Part shown: positions 23,117 to 34,925 of the stretch, piece after piece
How the letters are laid out: the number at the start of each line of letters is the position of its first letter
Numbering within the stretch: position 1 is the stretch's first letter
Source of the DNA: an uncultured Actinomycetes bacterium
Lineage (GTDB): Bacteria > Actinomycetota > Thermoleophilia > RBG-16-64-13
Assembly: GCA_963706025.1 (NCBI GenBank)
Contig: CAVPLM010000005.1
Coordinates: forward strand, 480,001 to 544,000
DNA length: 64,000 nucleotides
Reading direction: 5' to 3'
Position numbers and translations under genes: made by a program
Notes under the pieces: model-generated
Seen by the model: only the letters and a program-made list of their open reading frames with translations
The model's database searches: none
Told to the model about the DNA's origin: nothing

Positions 23117-23665
23117 TCATCGAGGAACCGCGATCCCCAGTCCGGAGGAGGTGAACAGAGGGCGCAAGACAAGCCCCGCGGCGGCACAAGCGTCGATGCC
23201 GCCTTCCTCTCGATCCACCACGCAGTACAGGTCTCTTACCACGAGTCCGGCCTCGCGCAGCGCCTCTGTCGCCATGATGGCGGCACCACCCGAGGTCACG
23301 ATATCCTCCACCAGAGCGACCCTCTCCCCCTCAGCATAGCGCCCCTCGATACGCTTGCCCGTCCCATACTCTTTCGACAGCTTCCTGACCAGGAGCAACG
23401 GTAGCCCCAATTCGAGAGAGAGCCCCGCTCCCAGGACCACGCCGCCCAGCTCCGGAGCCGCCAGGCGCTGGTATTCCTCGCCGAGAGCCAGTTGATTACG
23501 GATCATCATGGCCAACTCGTAGACGATCCCCCGCAGGACGTGAGGTTCCGTCTCGAAGAGATACTTGTCCAGGTAGTACCTACTGCGCTTCCCGGACCGG
23601 AGGACGAAGTCCCCCTCCAGGTAGGCCGTATCCAGCAGCAGGCGTCCTAAGGCTTCCTTATCCAC
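23117..23665 (-). CDS. pyrE: orotate phosphoribosyltransferase
   Basis: GDFVLRSGKRSRYYLD, RKLSKEYG, VEDIVTSGGA, VVDREEGG. Confidence 0.93.
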   Translation of the reverse strand: MDKEALGRLLLDTAYLEGDFVLRSGKRSRYYLDKYLFETEPHVLRGIVYELAMMIRNQLALGEEYQRLAAPELGGVVLGAGLSLELGLPLLLVRKLSKEYGTGKRIEGRYAEGERVALVEDIVTSGGAAIMATEALREAGLVVRDLYCVVDREEGGIDACAAAGLVLRPLFTSSGLGIAVPR

Positions 23666-23715
23666 ATTTCACCCCGCGTCTGTCCTGATCACCACGACGC
23701 ATACTACTCGAGAAC

Positions 23716-25107
23716 TCACGCCCCGGATACCGCTATCCCCTGAACGGCCAGAGAGGGCACGTGAGCACTGCCGTACAATGGGATCCAACGGGCATCACCT
23801 GCCACTTCGCTCACCGAACCGAGCAGATGGGCGAAATCGGTCGCTACCGTCACCTCCCGCACCGGCCTGCCCAAGTCTCCACCTTCGATAAGGCGACCGG
23901 TGGCTCCTACGGATATCTCACCGCTGATGGCGTTGACACCTGAGTGGACGCCGGAGACGCTTTCCACGTAGAGCCCCTCACCCAGTCGCGAGAACACGGT
24001 CTCAAGGCTCCCTTGACCGCCTGGAACGACCAGATTGGTGGCGCGGACCCCTGGGAGCGTGCGATACGAGCCCCGACCCGCGTTGCCCGTGGAAAGAGTC
24101 TCTCCGCCTTCTTTACGAGCTGTGTAGCTACTGTGCAGATACGAGCGCAGCAGACCGGAGTCGATGAGGAGGGTAGCCTGCTGCGGTACGCCTTCCCCAT
24201 CGAAGGGATTGGTGGCCATGCCATCCATCGCGAGGCCGTCGTCCAAGAGCGTGACAAGAGAGGAAGCCACGGTCTGACCCAGCCGCCCCGCGAACACCGA
24301 CCGCCCCTTCTGTACCGCTTCCGCGCTCAGCGCGGGAATGATGCTGGATAGCAGTGCAGCCACCACCTCGCGATCGAAGACCACCGTGTACAACCCGGTC
24401 GGACAGGGTCTGGCCCCCAGCAGCACTTGCGCCTTCTCGGCAGCCTCCTCGCCCGCGGTCTCCGGGCGGAGTTCGGAGGGCTCCCGACCCGAGCTGAGAC
24501 CCAGCCCGGACTGCCGTTCACCGTCACGGCCGGCGTGAGCCAGGACATACAGGTAGCAGAACGACTGGTCGGCTTCTGCCTCGACCCCGGTGGTGGACAC
24601 GACGGCGATCCGGGTCTCGCTGTCTGCGTACACGCTCTCTTCGACTGCCTCGATTTCCTTACAGGACAGGGCGGCCGATTCGGCCCGGAGGGCCAACTCG
24701 ATCTTGCCCTCCACGGTCGTCCCCGAGACCCCCGCCCGCCAAAGACCCTCGACCCTCGGGTAGGGTCCGTCGGGCCGCGAAGGTAACTCGACAAAAGGGT
24801 CTGGGTCGGTGGCCGACGCCGCGGAAGCCGCTTCGGCGAGCACCCGGTCGACACCGCCAGGACTGAGGTCCGCGGTGAAAGCATAGCCTTTCCGGCCGTC
24901 GCGGACGGCCCGTACTCCCATTCCCCGGGGCTCGGCCACCGTGACTGATTCCACCTCGCGGCCGTAGGTCTTGACCGTCACAGTCCGCCCGAACTCGACG
25001 TAGATCTCCAGCTCGAACCCCAGTCCCGGGCCTCGCTCCATCGCTGCCCGGGCCACCGCGAGGGGAGCCCCCGACGACCAGCCGCTTGAGGCGCCGGCGC
25101 CGCTCAT
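23716..25107 (-). CDS. pmbA: TldE/PmbA family protein
   Basis: GMGVR, FDGEGVP, STGNA, SGEISVG; ATG overlaps the tldD stop. Confidence 0.88.
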   Translation of the reverse strand: MSGAGASSGWSSGAPLAVARAAMERGPGLGFELEIYVEFGRTVTVKTYGREVESVTVAEPRGMGVRAVRDGRKGYAFTADLSPGGVDRVLAEAASAASATDPDPFVELPSRPDGPYPRVEGLWRAGVSGTTVEGKIELALRAESAALSCKEIEAVEESVYADSETRIAVVSTTGVEAEADQSFCYLYVLAHAGRDGERQSGLGLSSGREPSELRPETAGEEAAEKAQVLLGARPCPTGLYTVVFDREVVAALLSSIIPALSAEAVQKGRSVFAGRLGQTVASSLVTLLDDGLAMDGMATNPFDGEGVPQQATLLIDSGLLRSYLHSSYTARKEGGETLSTGNAGRGSYRTLPGVRATNLVVPGGQGSLETVFSRLGEGLYVESVSGVHSGVNAISGEISVGATGRLIEGGDLGRPVREVTVATDFAHLLGSVSEVAGDARWIPLYGSAHVPSLAVQGIAVSGA

Positions 25108-26516
25108 CAGAGACTGGTACCGCCGACGGTGAGTTCGCGGATACGGATGGTCGGCTGACCGGTCCCGACAGGCACGCTCTGTCCCTCTTTGCCGCACATC
25201 CCCGCTTTGACATCCAGATCGTCGGCAACGGCGTCGATGCCCCGCAGCACCTCCGGGCCGTTGCCGACCAGAGTCGCGCCTCGTACCGGCCCACCTACCC
25301 TGCCGTTCTCGATCAGATAGCCTTCCGCCACCCCGAAGACGAAATCCCCGGTGACGGGGTTGACCTGGCCACCAGACAAGGACTTCGCGTATAGCGCCCG
25401 GGGCGTGTCGGCGATCATCTCTTCGGGCGTGGGTTCGCCTGGGCCGAAGTAGGTGTTGGTCATACGCGGATAGGGCAGATGACGATAGTCCTGCCGGCGA
25501 CCGTTCCCCGTCAGCGGCAGTCCCAGATGACCGCCCCGAAGGCGGTCGGTCAGGTACCCCGTGAGTATCCCGGCTTCGATCAGAGTCGTGCGCCGGCTGG
25601 GAGTGCCCTCATCGTCATACCTGGCGCTCCCCCACATGCCGGGCCCCGTCCCATCGTCGAAGGCGAACACGTGAGCCTCAGCCACTCGCGTCCCCTTTTT
25701 GCCCTCCCAGACGCTGGCCTTCTTCAGGATATAGTCGGCTTCCAGTCCGTGGCCGCAGGCCTCGTGAAAGAGGACTCCTCCAAAGCCGTTGGCGAGTACC
25801 ACCGGCATCCGACCGGCCGGAGCCGGTCGTGAGTCGAGCATGACGAGCGCCTTCTCGGCAGCCGCGGTGGCCACGGCGACGACGGCCTCATCCTGCGGCA
25901 ATCCGAAGCTTCCCTGGTAGGCGAGTGTCTCCCTTCCGGTCTGGATGAGGCCGTCGCGCGCCGCCATGACGGTCACGGCGATCGTCACCCGAGTCCTCGT
26001 ATCGCCGGCCAGCGAGCCGTGAGAGCCGGCGATCCACACCCTCTGCAGGCTCTCCCCGTAGGACGCGATCACCTGGCGCACCTCGGTCGAGAGCCCCCGC
26101 GCGACCTCGTCGACGAGATGCAGCAGCCGCGCCTTGGCCGTCACCTCCGTTGCCCCAGGGTCTCCAGTTCCGTCCTCACGCGGCCCGGAACGGCTGACAG
26201 CAAGGGTGCCGACCGCTCCAGGGGAGCCTGTCTGTGAGCGGCTCAGCTCTACAGCCAGAGAAAGCAGAGATCCGTCGTCGACGGCGTCCACATAGCCGAA
26301 CGCCGTGGAAAGTCCGCGTATCAAACGCACGGAGCCGCCCCTATCCACACCGGATACGGCGTCTTCGATCTTGCCGTCCTCCAGACGCAGAGCCAGGGAC
26401 TGGCGCTCCTCGACGTACAACTCGGCCGAATCCCCGCCCTTCTGCAGGGCTTTGCGCAGGACCGCAGCCCCGAACTCGGCGGTCAAGCCGGGGAACAGCG
26501 CATCAGCAGCGCTCAT
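25107..26516 (-). CDS. tldD: TldD metalloprotease
   Basis: HEACGHGLEAD, DDEG, GNGRRQ, PRMTNT, CGKEGQSVPV. Confidence 0.93.
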   Translation of the reverse strand: MSAADALFPGLTAEFGAAVLRKALQKGGDSAELYVEERQSLALRLEDGKIEDAVSGVDRGGSVRLIRGLSTAFGYVDAVDDGSLLSLAVELSRSQTGSPGAVGTLAVSRSGPREDGTGDPGATEVTAKARLLHLVDEVARGLSTEVRQVIASYGESLQRVWIAGSHGSLAGDTRTRVTIAVTVMAARDGLIQTGRETLAYQGSFGLPQDEAVVAVATAAAEKALVMLDSRPAPAGRMPVVLANGFGGVLFHEACGHGLEADYILKKASVWEGKKGTRVAEAHVFAFDDGTGPGMWGSARYDDEGTPSRRTTLIEAGILTGYLTDRLRGGHLGLPLTGNGRRQDYRHLPYPRMTNTYFGPGEPTPEEMIADTPRALYAKSLSGGQVNPVTGDFVFGVAEGYLIENGRVGGPVRGATLVGNGPEVLRGIDAVADDLDVKAGMCGKEGQSVPVGTGQPTIRIRELTVGGTSL

Positions 26517-26533
26517 GCGCGCCTGAGCGTATA

Positions 26534-26749
26534 TCAGTTGGCGACGGGGTTGGCGGCCAGTATCTCCGCGGCGACGCTCATGAACGGCTCGGCTTCGGCG
26601 GTATTGCCCGGCATAGCCAGCATGGAACCGTCATCGAAGTACAGTTCCACCTGAGGCTTCCGAGGCCGCATGACAAGGAAGTAGTAGCCTCCTGCAGCCA
26701 TGCTGCCGAGAAGAGTCACTACGCCCAACGCTTTAACCACGGGCTTCAT
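26534..26749 (-). CDS. small membrane-anchored hypothetical protein
   Basis: 71 aa, N-terminal TM helix then VELYFDDGSM; abuts the roadblock gene with a GAGGAGG RBS. Confidence 0.7.
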   Translation of the reverse strand: MKPVVKALGVVTLLGSMAAGGYYFLVMRPRKPQVELYFDDGSMLAMPGNTAEAEPFMSVAAEILAANPVAN

Positions 26750-27148
26750 CTAGGCCTCCTCGCAGCCTTGGACTTCGGCACTCTCTACACTCAGGGCTTC
26801 CCGAGCGTCCCGCAGGCAGGTCTTGAGGTCGTATAGGACCAGGCCGACACGGCTGCTCTTTTTGCCCGTGGCCAAAATGGCCATCCCCCCGGGCGCCGTT
26901 TCGCGGGCCAGGAACACCATTCCGCCAGCGGCCTCCACCACCAGCTGCGTGAGAGGCTGAGAGCACATCTCGGTCGCGCGCAGATCGCCTAGTCGTATGA
27001 GCTCCTCCGCCTGCGCGACCGCGGCGTCATGAGCTTCGGGCGCCATATTGGAGGCCAGTATCTCGCCCGGGCCCAAAAGCACCGCCCTGTCTATGTCGGT
27101 AGAGATGTCCAGCATCTCCGAGAACGCGGCCTGCACTTCTTCCTTCAT
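26750..27148 (-). CDS. roadblock/LC7 (MglB-like) domain protein
   Basis: helix-beta-beta-helix-beta3-helix pattern, ISTDIDRAVLL, QLVVEAAGGMVF, VGLVLYDLK; AGGAGG RBS. Confidence 0.7.
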   Translation of the reverse strand: MKEEVQAAFSEMLDISTDIDRAVLLGPGEILASNMAPEAHDAAVAQAEELIRLGDLRATEMCSQPLTQLVVEAAGGMVFLARETAPGGMAILATGKKSSRVGLVLYDLKTCLRDAREALSVESAEVQGCEEA

Positions 27149-27231
27149 CAGCGCCTCCTTGCCCGGTCACTATCTGCCACTGAAGACCCTTTCCCAGTTT
27201 ACCATCGCTTCTAAACGATCCTCGGGACAAC

Positions 27232-27290
27232 AAGAAAGGGGCCATCGCGTTCCGAACGTCCGCTATGGACGCCACGAACGCGATGGCCCC
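27232..27290 (-). terminator. intrinsic terminator after groEL
   Basis: GGGGCCATCGCGTTC..GAACGCGATGGCCCC long stem followed by TTTCTT on the minus strand. Confidence 0.75.
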
Positions 27291-27339
27291 GAACCGGTCG
27301 ACCGTCTCCTCGACGCTCGACCGGTTGGAGACGACTTCT

Positions 27340-28983
<1,644 letters not shown>

Positions 28984-29047
28984 CTATGAAGCACAGTGTT
29001 GTTCATCAAGATCGCGCCCCGTTCAGAGAACGGAGGCTGTCCCTCAG

Positions 29048-29344
29048 TTATCCTTCGGGCAGTACGCCGATGATATCGGTCATAGCCCGCAGGACCAGGT
29101 AGTCCTCACCGTCCAGCTTGACCTCGGTGCCCGCGTACTTGGCGAACACGATGATGTCGCCTTCCTTCACCGGCATCGGGAGGAGGTCACCCTTCTCCGA
29201 ATACTTGCCGGGGCCTGCCGCGACGACTTTTCCTTTCGACGGCTTCTCTTTGGCCGTGTCCGGGAGGACGATACCGCTTTTGGTCGTCTCTTCCTGCTCC
29301 AGGACCTTGACAACGACCCTGTCCTCGAGTGGCACTAGTTTCAT
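29048..29344 (-). CDS. groS: co-chaperonin GroES
   Basis: [31 protein letters not shown]; AGGAGG RBS. Confidence 0.97.
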   Translation of the reverse strand: MKLVPLEDRVVVKVLEQEETTKSGIVLPDTAKEKPSKGKVVAAGPGKYSEKGDLLPMPVKEGDIIVFAKYAGTEVKLDGEDYLVLRAMTDIIGVLPEG

Positions 29345-29423
29345 GCACAATCCTCCTGTTTCTTGCTCTTGACGCTCTACCGGCTGATGCCTCGACGAGG
29401 CTGCTACAACCCACTTCGCACGA

Positions 29424-29450
29424 TTGGCACTCTTCAACCGCGAGTGCCAA
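29424..29450. promoter_or_regulatory. CIRCE element (HrcA operator)
   Basis: Perfect inverted repeat TTGGCACTC-N9-GAGTGCCAA upstream of groES. Confidence 0.92.
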
Positions 29451-29459
29451 CCGCCGCAT

Positions 29460-29488
29460 ATATTATGCTCGGACTCAGGATTTGTCAA
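29460..29488 (-). promoter_or_regulatory. sigmaA promoter of groESL
   Basis: TTGACA-N17-TAATAT immediately upstream of CIRCE. Confidence 0.8.
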
Positions 29489-29532
29489 ACATCCAGGCCA
29501 GGTAGCCGGCAGTCTGAACTTGAGTTTGCCAG

Positions 29533-30999
29533 TCAGGCCCCGCTGGACCATTCACCCAGGGCGAGGGAAGCCGCAGCGTCGATCCCCAGGTAGGTGGGAT
29601 ACTGAAGCCTCGGGCCGCTGAGCGCCGCCGCTCCGATCATGGCCGCATTGTCGGTGCAGTAGGCTAGAGGCGGCACCACCACATGAAGCCCGGCCCCCTC
29701 CCCAGCTTCCAGCAGCCGGCGGCGCAACAGTGAGTTGGCCGCCACTCCTCCTGCCACCGCGAGGGTCTTCACTTTCTCTCGCTCCGCCGACAGGAGGGCC
29801 TTGCTCACGAGCGCGGTGACTATGGCCTGCCGGTACGACGCGGCCACGTCAGCCGCCCTTGCGATGCGCTCCTCGGCGGTCATGTCACGCAGAAGGTAGT
29901 AGAGCGCCGTCTTCACTCCCGAGAACGAGAAGTCAGGCCGGGGCGAACGCTTCAGCCCTATAGGGAAGGCAAAGGCCCCTGGGTCACCTTTCTCCGCCAG
30001 TTCGTCCAACTCCCGTCCGCCGGGATAACCCAGCCCCAGCAGGCGGGCTCCCTTGTCGAACGCTTCGCCGGCGGCGTCGTCGAGGGTCTGCCCCAGCAGC
30101 CGGAACGTCCGCCGGTCATCCACCCGGATGAGGGCGGTGTGGCCACCCGAAGCCACCAGCGTCACCATGGGGAATAGGGCCTGCTGATCCGCCAGCCACA
30201 CGGCTGCGAGGTGGCCATGAATGTGATTGACGGGGAAGAAAGGCAGCCGCCGGCTCCACGCTATGGTCTTCGCCGTCTGGACCCCCACGAGCAGCGCCCC
30301 GATCAGCCCCGGCCCCACGGTGGCAGCCACCGCGCCAAGATCGGCGATCCCGCAGCCGGCCTGGCGCAGGGCTTCGCGCACGACCGCGGTCATCCGCTCA
30401 ACGTGCGCACGGCTTGCCACCTCAGGGACCACACCGCCGTAACGCGCATGTATAGCGTCCTGGGAATGCACCACCGACGCCAGCACGTCTCCCTCCGCAG
30501 TGAGTACTGCAGCCGCGGTGTCGTCACATGAAGTCTCTATCGCGAGCACGGGCCCTGAAAGCCGTTCGCGGAGCATCACGACCGCGTCCTCCTGAGTGTC
30601 GCTGTAGTAGCCGCGCCGGGTCGCGATGCTCCGGAATCCCACTCCTCCGTACATCGCCACCGCCGCCTCGTTCCCTGGGCGGACTTCCAGGACCACCTCC
30701 ATGCCGGCCGCGTCGGCAGCGCGCAAGAAACGGGCGAGCAAACGTCCTCCCGCGCCTCGCCGCCGATGGGCGGGCGCAACGGCCAGGTCCATGAGGTGCC
30801 ACACATCTGGATAGCGACGGCCGATGATAAAGCCGATCACTTCGCCGCCCGGTTCGACTGCCACCTCTCTCCAACTCAGATCGTGCGATAGCTCCTCCCG
30901 GAACATCTCCTCGGTCCAAGGTAGATTGAAGGATGCAGCCTCGATGGAGACCACGGCCGCCAGGTCCTCAGCGCGCATGTCCCGTGACGAGGTGTCCAC
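29533..30999 (-). CDS. tsaD: RimI acetyltransferase fused to t6A synthase TsaD
   Basis: N-terminal GNAT ([23 protein letters not shown]) then [47 protein letters not shown]. Confidence 0.93.
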   Translation of the reverse strand: MDTSSRDMRAEDLAAVVSIEAASFNLPWTEEMFREELSHDLSWREVAVEPGGEVIGFIIGRRYPDVWHLMDLAVAPAHRRRGAGGRLLARFLRAADAAGMEVVLEVRPGNEAAVAMYGGVGFRSIATRRGYYSDTQEDAVVMLRERLSGPVLAIETSCDDTAAAVLTAEGDVLASVVHSQDAIHARYGGVVPEVASRAHVERMTAVVREALRQAGCGIADLGAVAATVGPGLIGALLVGVQTAKTIAWSRRLPFFPVNHIHGHLAAVWLADQQALFPMVTLVASGGHTALIRVDDRRTFRLLGQTLDDAAGEAFDKGARLLGLGYPGGRELDELAEKGDPGAFAFPIGLKRSPRPDFSFSGVKTALYYLLRDMTAEERIARAADVAASYRQAIVTALVSKALLSAEREKVKTLAVAGGVAANSLLRRRLLEAGEGAGLHVVVPPLAYCTDNAAMIGAAALSGPRLQYPTYLGIDAAASLALGEWSSGA

Positions 31000-31005
31000 G
31001 CGGCT

Positions 31006-31983
31006 CTACCTACCGCTGGATCCGTCGGCCCACGGATCCCTCATTCGTGTGATGTGTATGTCGGCGTCCGGAGACCGAACGTATATGGGCGTCACCGACT
31101 CAGGAGTACCGGGAGCGCCGCTGCCTCTGCAAACACCGCCGGCCGGCTCTCCGGCCGACGTCGTCCCACCCGTGACAAGCGCTTCCCGGAGCCAACCCGT
31201 CAACCGGCTCCCTTCGGGAAGCCGGCCCGGTTCTTCCAGCCTCTCCTGCCCGATCACCAGGTACTGGGCGGCGGCATCACGGCCGACAAACACGACGCCC
31301 GGCGGAAGCTTCTCCGGACGCAGCAGCTCCTCACCCACGACGACGGTGTTCCCTCCCGCGACCAAGTCGCCTAACTCTCCACGATCACAGACGCCGAACT
31401 CGGTCGTGCGTGCCCAAAGACCCTGGGCCGCTCGGTTGTCCGCTTCGGTCGGTCGATAGAGGCCGTAGAAGAGCTGGCCCCGACGCGCCTCAACCACCGG
31501 AACGATCGCCTTCGCCCTTTCGACCGAAGGAGACTGCGCGGCGTCTTTCGAGGCCGAGGTCGGTCGCCCCGTCGCCACCTCGCTCGCCGCCACAGCCGCC
31601 AGAGCCCCGAGGGTGCTCACGCCCGCCACCGGCGTTCCCAGGGCCAGACTCAACGCTCGCGCGGTGGCGACCGTGACCCTCACCCCTGTGAAAGTTCCAG
31701 GCCCCCTGCCTACCACGACGGCCCCCAGGTCTTCCGGCCGGCGACCGGCTTGCTCCAGCATCTCGTCTACGAGGACGAGCAGTGCCCTAGCCTGCGCCCG
31801 GCCGTCCGGCTCTGAGCGCCAGGCGACTACTTGGAAGGGACCGCCCTCGCCGCCCCCACCCCGACCGATGGCAGACCCAGGACGCATGTCTCCGAGGACG
31901 GCGCGAGGCTCGAGCAATCTGAGCAGTGCCGCGCTGCAGACTCCCGTAGAGCCGTCCAGGGCCAACACCAGTCGCTCATACAT
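31006..31983 (-). CDS. tsaB: t6A modification protein TsaB (with low-complexity insertions)
   Basis: LALDGST, GRGPGTFTGVRV, VSTL, EARRG, PIYVR. Confidence 0.88.
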   Translation of the reverse strand: MYERLVLALDGSTGVCSAALLRLLEPRAVLGDMRPGSAIGRGGGGEGGPFQVVAWRSEPDGRAQARALLVLVDEMLEQAGRRPEDLGAVVVGRGPGTFTGVRVTVATARALSLALGTPVAGVSTLGALAAVAASEVATGRPTSASKDAAQSPSVERAKAIVPVVEARRGQLFYGLYRPTEADNRAAQGLWARTTEFGVCDRGELGDLVAGGNTVVVGEELLRPEKLPPGVVFVGRDAAAQYLVIGQERLEEPGRLPEGSRLTGWLREALVTGGTTSAGEPAGGVCRGSGAPGTPESVTPIYVRSPDADIHITRMRDPWADGSSGR

Positions 31984-32461
31984 GGGTGCCGCCCGACCTT
32001 TCCCACCGACTCCTGGCGTCCGACGTGGCCCCCTCGATCTCGATGGAGCGTCTATGAGGACTCTCGTGCCCGATACGAACGATCCAAGAAGGCGGGCCCA
32101 GGCGCGCTACACCGGCCTGCGGCCACTCCACCAGAGTCACCGCGTCCGCCCGCACGTACTCCTCAAGGGCAAGGGCATCTTCAGCGCCGATCTCCTCCAA
32201 CCGGTAAAGGTCCAGATGTTGCACCGTCACCGAACCGCGATAGATGTTGGCGATGGTGAACGACGGACTCCTGACCGGGTCCGCGACTTCAAGAGCCGAG
32301 GCGATCGCACGCACCAACGTGGTCTTACCCGCACCCAAGGGGCCATAGAGAAGAACCAGATCACCAGGAAGAAGCGACCGAGCCAGCCTGTGTCCGATCT
32401 TCTCCAGCCTTCTGAGCCTCACACCCTGCTCGCGCAGCACGACCTGACCGGTGGTTACCAC
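31976..32461 (-). CDS. tsaE: t6A modification ATPase TsaE
   Basis: GPLGAGKTT, SPSFTI, HLDLYRL, VEWP. Confidence 0.93.
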   Translation of the reverse strand: MVTTGQVVLREQGVRLRRLEKIGHRLARSLLPGDLVLLYGPLGAGKTTLVRAIASALEVADPVRSPSFTIANIYRGSVTVQHLDLYRLEEIGAEDALALEEYVRADAVTLVEWPQAGVARLGPPSWIVRIGHESPHRRSIEIEGATSDARSRWERSGGTHV

Positions 32462-33189
32462 AAATGCAGTTGCTCTACGCGTTCCGGAGGTTTTCGAGGC
32501 TGCTCGCGCGGGCCGACGTCGGGCCGATCCGAGACCTCCTCCCCACGGTCAGGGCCGGCGTCGGTCGCCTGCACTGGTGACGCCTCCAGACCGTGTTCGA
32601 GGAGATGGCGCAGCTTCGCGAAATCCTCTTCCAATACCTGCCGGTTGGCGGGCGTGTACAGGGCTGCCGCCGGATGGAACACCGGGAAGATGACGGTGTC
32701 CACGCCGGCCAACAGCCTCTCTTTGGCTTTTCCATGGAGGGCCGTCATGCTGAGTTCGGTTTCTGCCAAAAGCTTGGTGGCAAAGCGACCCAACGTGCAT
32801 ATCACCTGGGGCCGGATGGTCGCGACCTGCTTCATCAGGTGGGGGCTGCAGGCATCGATCTCGTCAGGCAGCGGATCGCGATTCTCAGGTGGCCTGCACT
32901 TCACCACGTTCGCGATGTACACGTCGTCGCGGGTGAGCCCGATCTGACCGAGCAATTCGGTAAGGAGCTTGCCCGCTTGGCCGACGAAAGGCTCACCCAA
33001 GCGATCTTCGTGGAATCCGGGGCCCTCGCCCACGAACATGAGCTTGGCTTCGGGGTTTCCGACGCCGAACACCACCTGGGTCCGTCCCCGGCTCAGCCCA
33101 CACAACGTACACTCGCGTAAAGACTCCTTCAGCGAGTGCAGGGTCTCGGCTGGGTCCTTACCCCCGTAAGTGATCTCCTCTTCGCTCAT
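32455..33189 (-). CDS. family 4 uracil-DNA glycosylase ([4Fe-4S])
   Basis: [36 protein letters not shown]. Confidence 0.93.
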   Translation of the reverse strand: MSEEEITYGGKDPAETLHSLKESLRECTLCGLSRGRTQVVFGVGNPEAKLMFVGEGPGFHEDRLGEPFVGQAGKLLTELLGQIGLTRDDVYIANVVKCRPPENRDPLPDEIDACSPHLMKQVATIRPQVICTLGRFATKLLAETELSMTALHGKAKERLLAGVDTVIFPVFHPAAALYTPANRQVLEEDFAKLRHLLEHGLEASPVQATDAGPDRGEEVSDRPDVGPREQPRKPPERVEQLHLW

Positions 33190-33301
33190 GGTGCCCAGGG
33201 TAGCAGATGACGGTCGCCTGGGAGACCGCCCGGGGGCCCTCTGGATTGCCGTCGGCACCAGCTCTTGTTATGCTACGCGCTCTGGCGGCCGCGAGGATCA
33301 G

Positions 33302-33505
33302 ATGGATGCCTTGACACCGGAAGGCCTACCGCGAGGAGGCGAAGCCGAGGGCATCATCGTTCGCCGATCTCTCCCGGTCCCAGGGAAACGACCGAGCCAC
33401 GTCTGGTATCTGCGGGCAGAACTGGAACAGGCAGGTGTCTCATTAATGCTGCGCCCACATCTGAAGCAGTCGGCGCCAAAGGACCATACGCCCCGGTCCC
33501 GGTGA
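33302..33505 (+). CDS. small hypothetical protein
   Basis: ATG after GAGGA; its TGA overlaps the GTG of the next gene (GTGA). Confidence 0.45.
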   Translation: MDALTPEGLPRGGEAEGIIVRRSLPVPGKRPSHVWYLRAELEQAGVSLMLRPHLKQSAPKDHTPRSR

Positions 33506-34890
33506 TCGATCTCACCACTTCTCAGTTCGCGGTGATCGGCGCCGGGCGTCTTGGCTCCAGTCTTGCCCTCGCCCTGCGTTCTCGGGGTGCACACCTCGCC
33601 GGCTTCACCTGTCGGTCGCCGGAAGGCCGCTCCCGGGCAGAAGCCCGGCTGGGACAACGAGCGAGCGCCGACATCCACGAGCTGGTGTCTTGCTCGCCCC
33701 ATCTCTATTTCATCGCCGTGCCCGACGACGTCCTGCCCGAGGTGGCCGACGAGCTAGGCGGGGAACTGGGCTCGGCTAGGGCGGTGAATCGCGACGCGCC
33801 GCTGGTGCTCCACACCAGCGGCGCCACGTCGGTCGCGGTCCTGTCCCCCTGCGAGCAGGCCGGGGCCGTCACTCTCGTCTTTCATCCTTTGCAGACCTTT
33901 CCCGACCCGGTCGGCGGAGCGAACCGCTTCGCCGGCGCGGCGATCGCCGTCACTCCTGCTTGCGGAGGCGTGGACTCGCCCGGGGCTTCGTTCGGTTTCG
34001 CGCTCGCGCGGTCGCTGGGAGCCCGGCCCTTCTTCCTCTCGGATGACAAGCGCAGCCTGTATCATGCCGCAGCCACCCTGGCCTGCAACTACTTCGTCAC
34101 CCTCGAGCACCAGGCGGAGCAGCTCTTCATCAAGGCGGGGCTGGACGAACAGGAGGCGCTGGCCCTCTTCTTGCCGCTGGTCAACGCGACGCTCGAGAAC
34201 CTTCGCTCTCAGGGTTCGGTGGCGGCCTTGACCGGACCGCTGAGCCGGGGAGACGCGCATACGGTCGGTCTGCACCTTACCGCTCTGGCGAACGAGGCAC
34301 CCCGCCTGCTCCCCCTCTACCGGGTCCTCGGCCTGGCCACTCTCGATCTCGTCCGGGCCCGCGGCGACGTCGACCCCTCGGTGATCGCCGAACTCACGGA
34401 TTTGTTAGGCAGACACACAGACGGAGAGGATCCTAGTATGACAGCGGCAACTACGGTTTCGGGTCCGGTAACGGTGGTCACCGACCGCCTGTATTTCGAG
34501 ACTCAGGGGAACGCCGACATGGTCAACCTCACCGACAAGGTACGCCGGCTCGTAGAGGCGACCGGCCTCCAGGCCGGCACGGTCACTGTGTTCTTCCCGG
34601 GAGCCACCGGGGCCGTCACCACGCTCGAGTTCGAGCCGGGGGTGGTGCAGGATTTCCGGAACCTGTTCGACAGGATAAGCTCCCCGGCGGAGCACTACGA
34701 GCACAACGTTACCCACCCCGATTTGAACGGTCATGCTCACGTCCGGGCAGGGCTCTTGGGTCCCTCTCTGGTCGTGCCTTTCGATGACGACGGACTCTGC
34801 CTCGGCCGCTGGCAGGAGATCTGTTTCGTCTGTTTCGACAACCGTCTCCGGGAACGCACGGTCATAGTTCAGACTCTTGGCGTTCGCTAA
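33502..34890 (+). CDS. Rossmann-like/DUF2520 oxidoreductase (PanG-like) read in frame into a YjbQ/UPF0047 domain
   Basis: IGAGRLG, AVPDD, HTSGA, HPLQTF, LYHAAA, LTGPLSRGD; from Met 34438 YjbQ motifs EFEPG, NGHAH, LGRWQEI. Confidence 0.85.
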   Translation: MIDLTTSQFAVIGAGRLGSSLALALRSRGAHLAGFTCRSPEGRSRAEARLGQRASADIHELVSCSPHLYFIAVPDDVLPEVADELGGELGSARAVNRDAPLVLHTSGATSVAVLSPCEQAGAVTLVFHPLQTFPDPVGGANRFAGAAIAVTPACGGVDSPGASFGFALARSLGARPFFLSDDKRSLYHAAATLACNYFVTLEHQAEQLFIKAGLDEQEALALFLPLVNATLENLRSQGSVAALTGPLSRGDAHTVGLHLTALANEAPRLLPLYRVLGLATLDLVRARGDVDPSVIAELTDLLGRHTDGEDPSMTAATTVSGPVTVVTDRLYFETQGNADMVNLTDKVRRLVEATGLQAGTVTVFFPGATGAVTTLEFEPGVVQDFRNLFDRISSPAEHYEHNVTHPDLNGHAHVRAGLLGPSLVVPFDDDGLCLGRWQEICFVCFDNRLRERTVIVQTLGVR

Positions 34891-34925
34891 GAAGGTTCCG
34901 CTATCTATACGAGGAGGACGACCTC

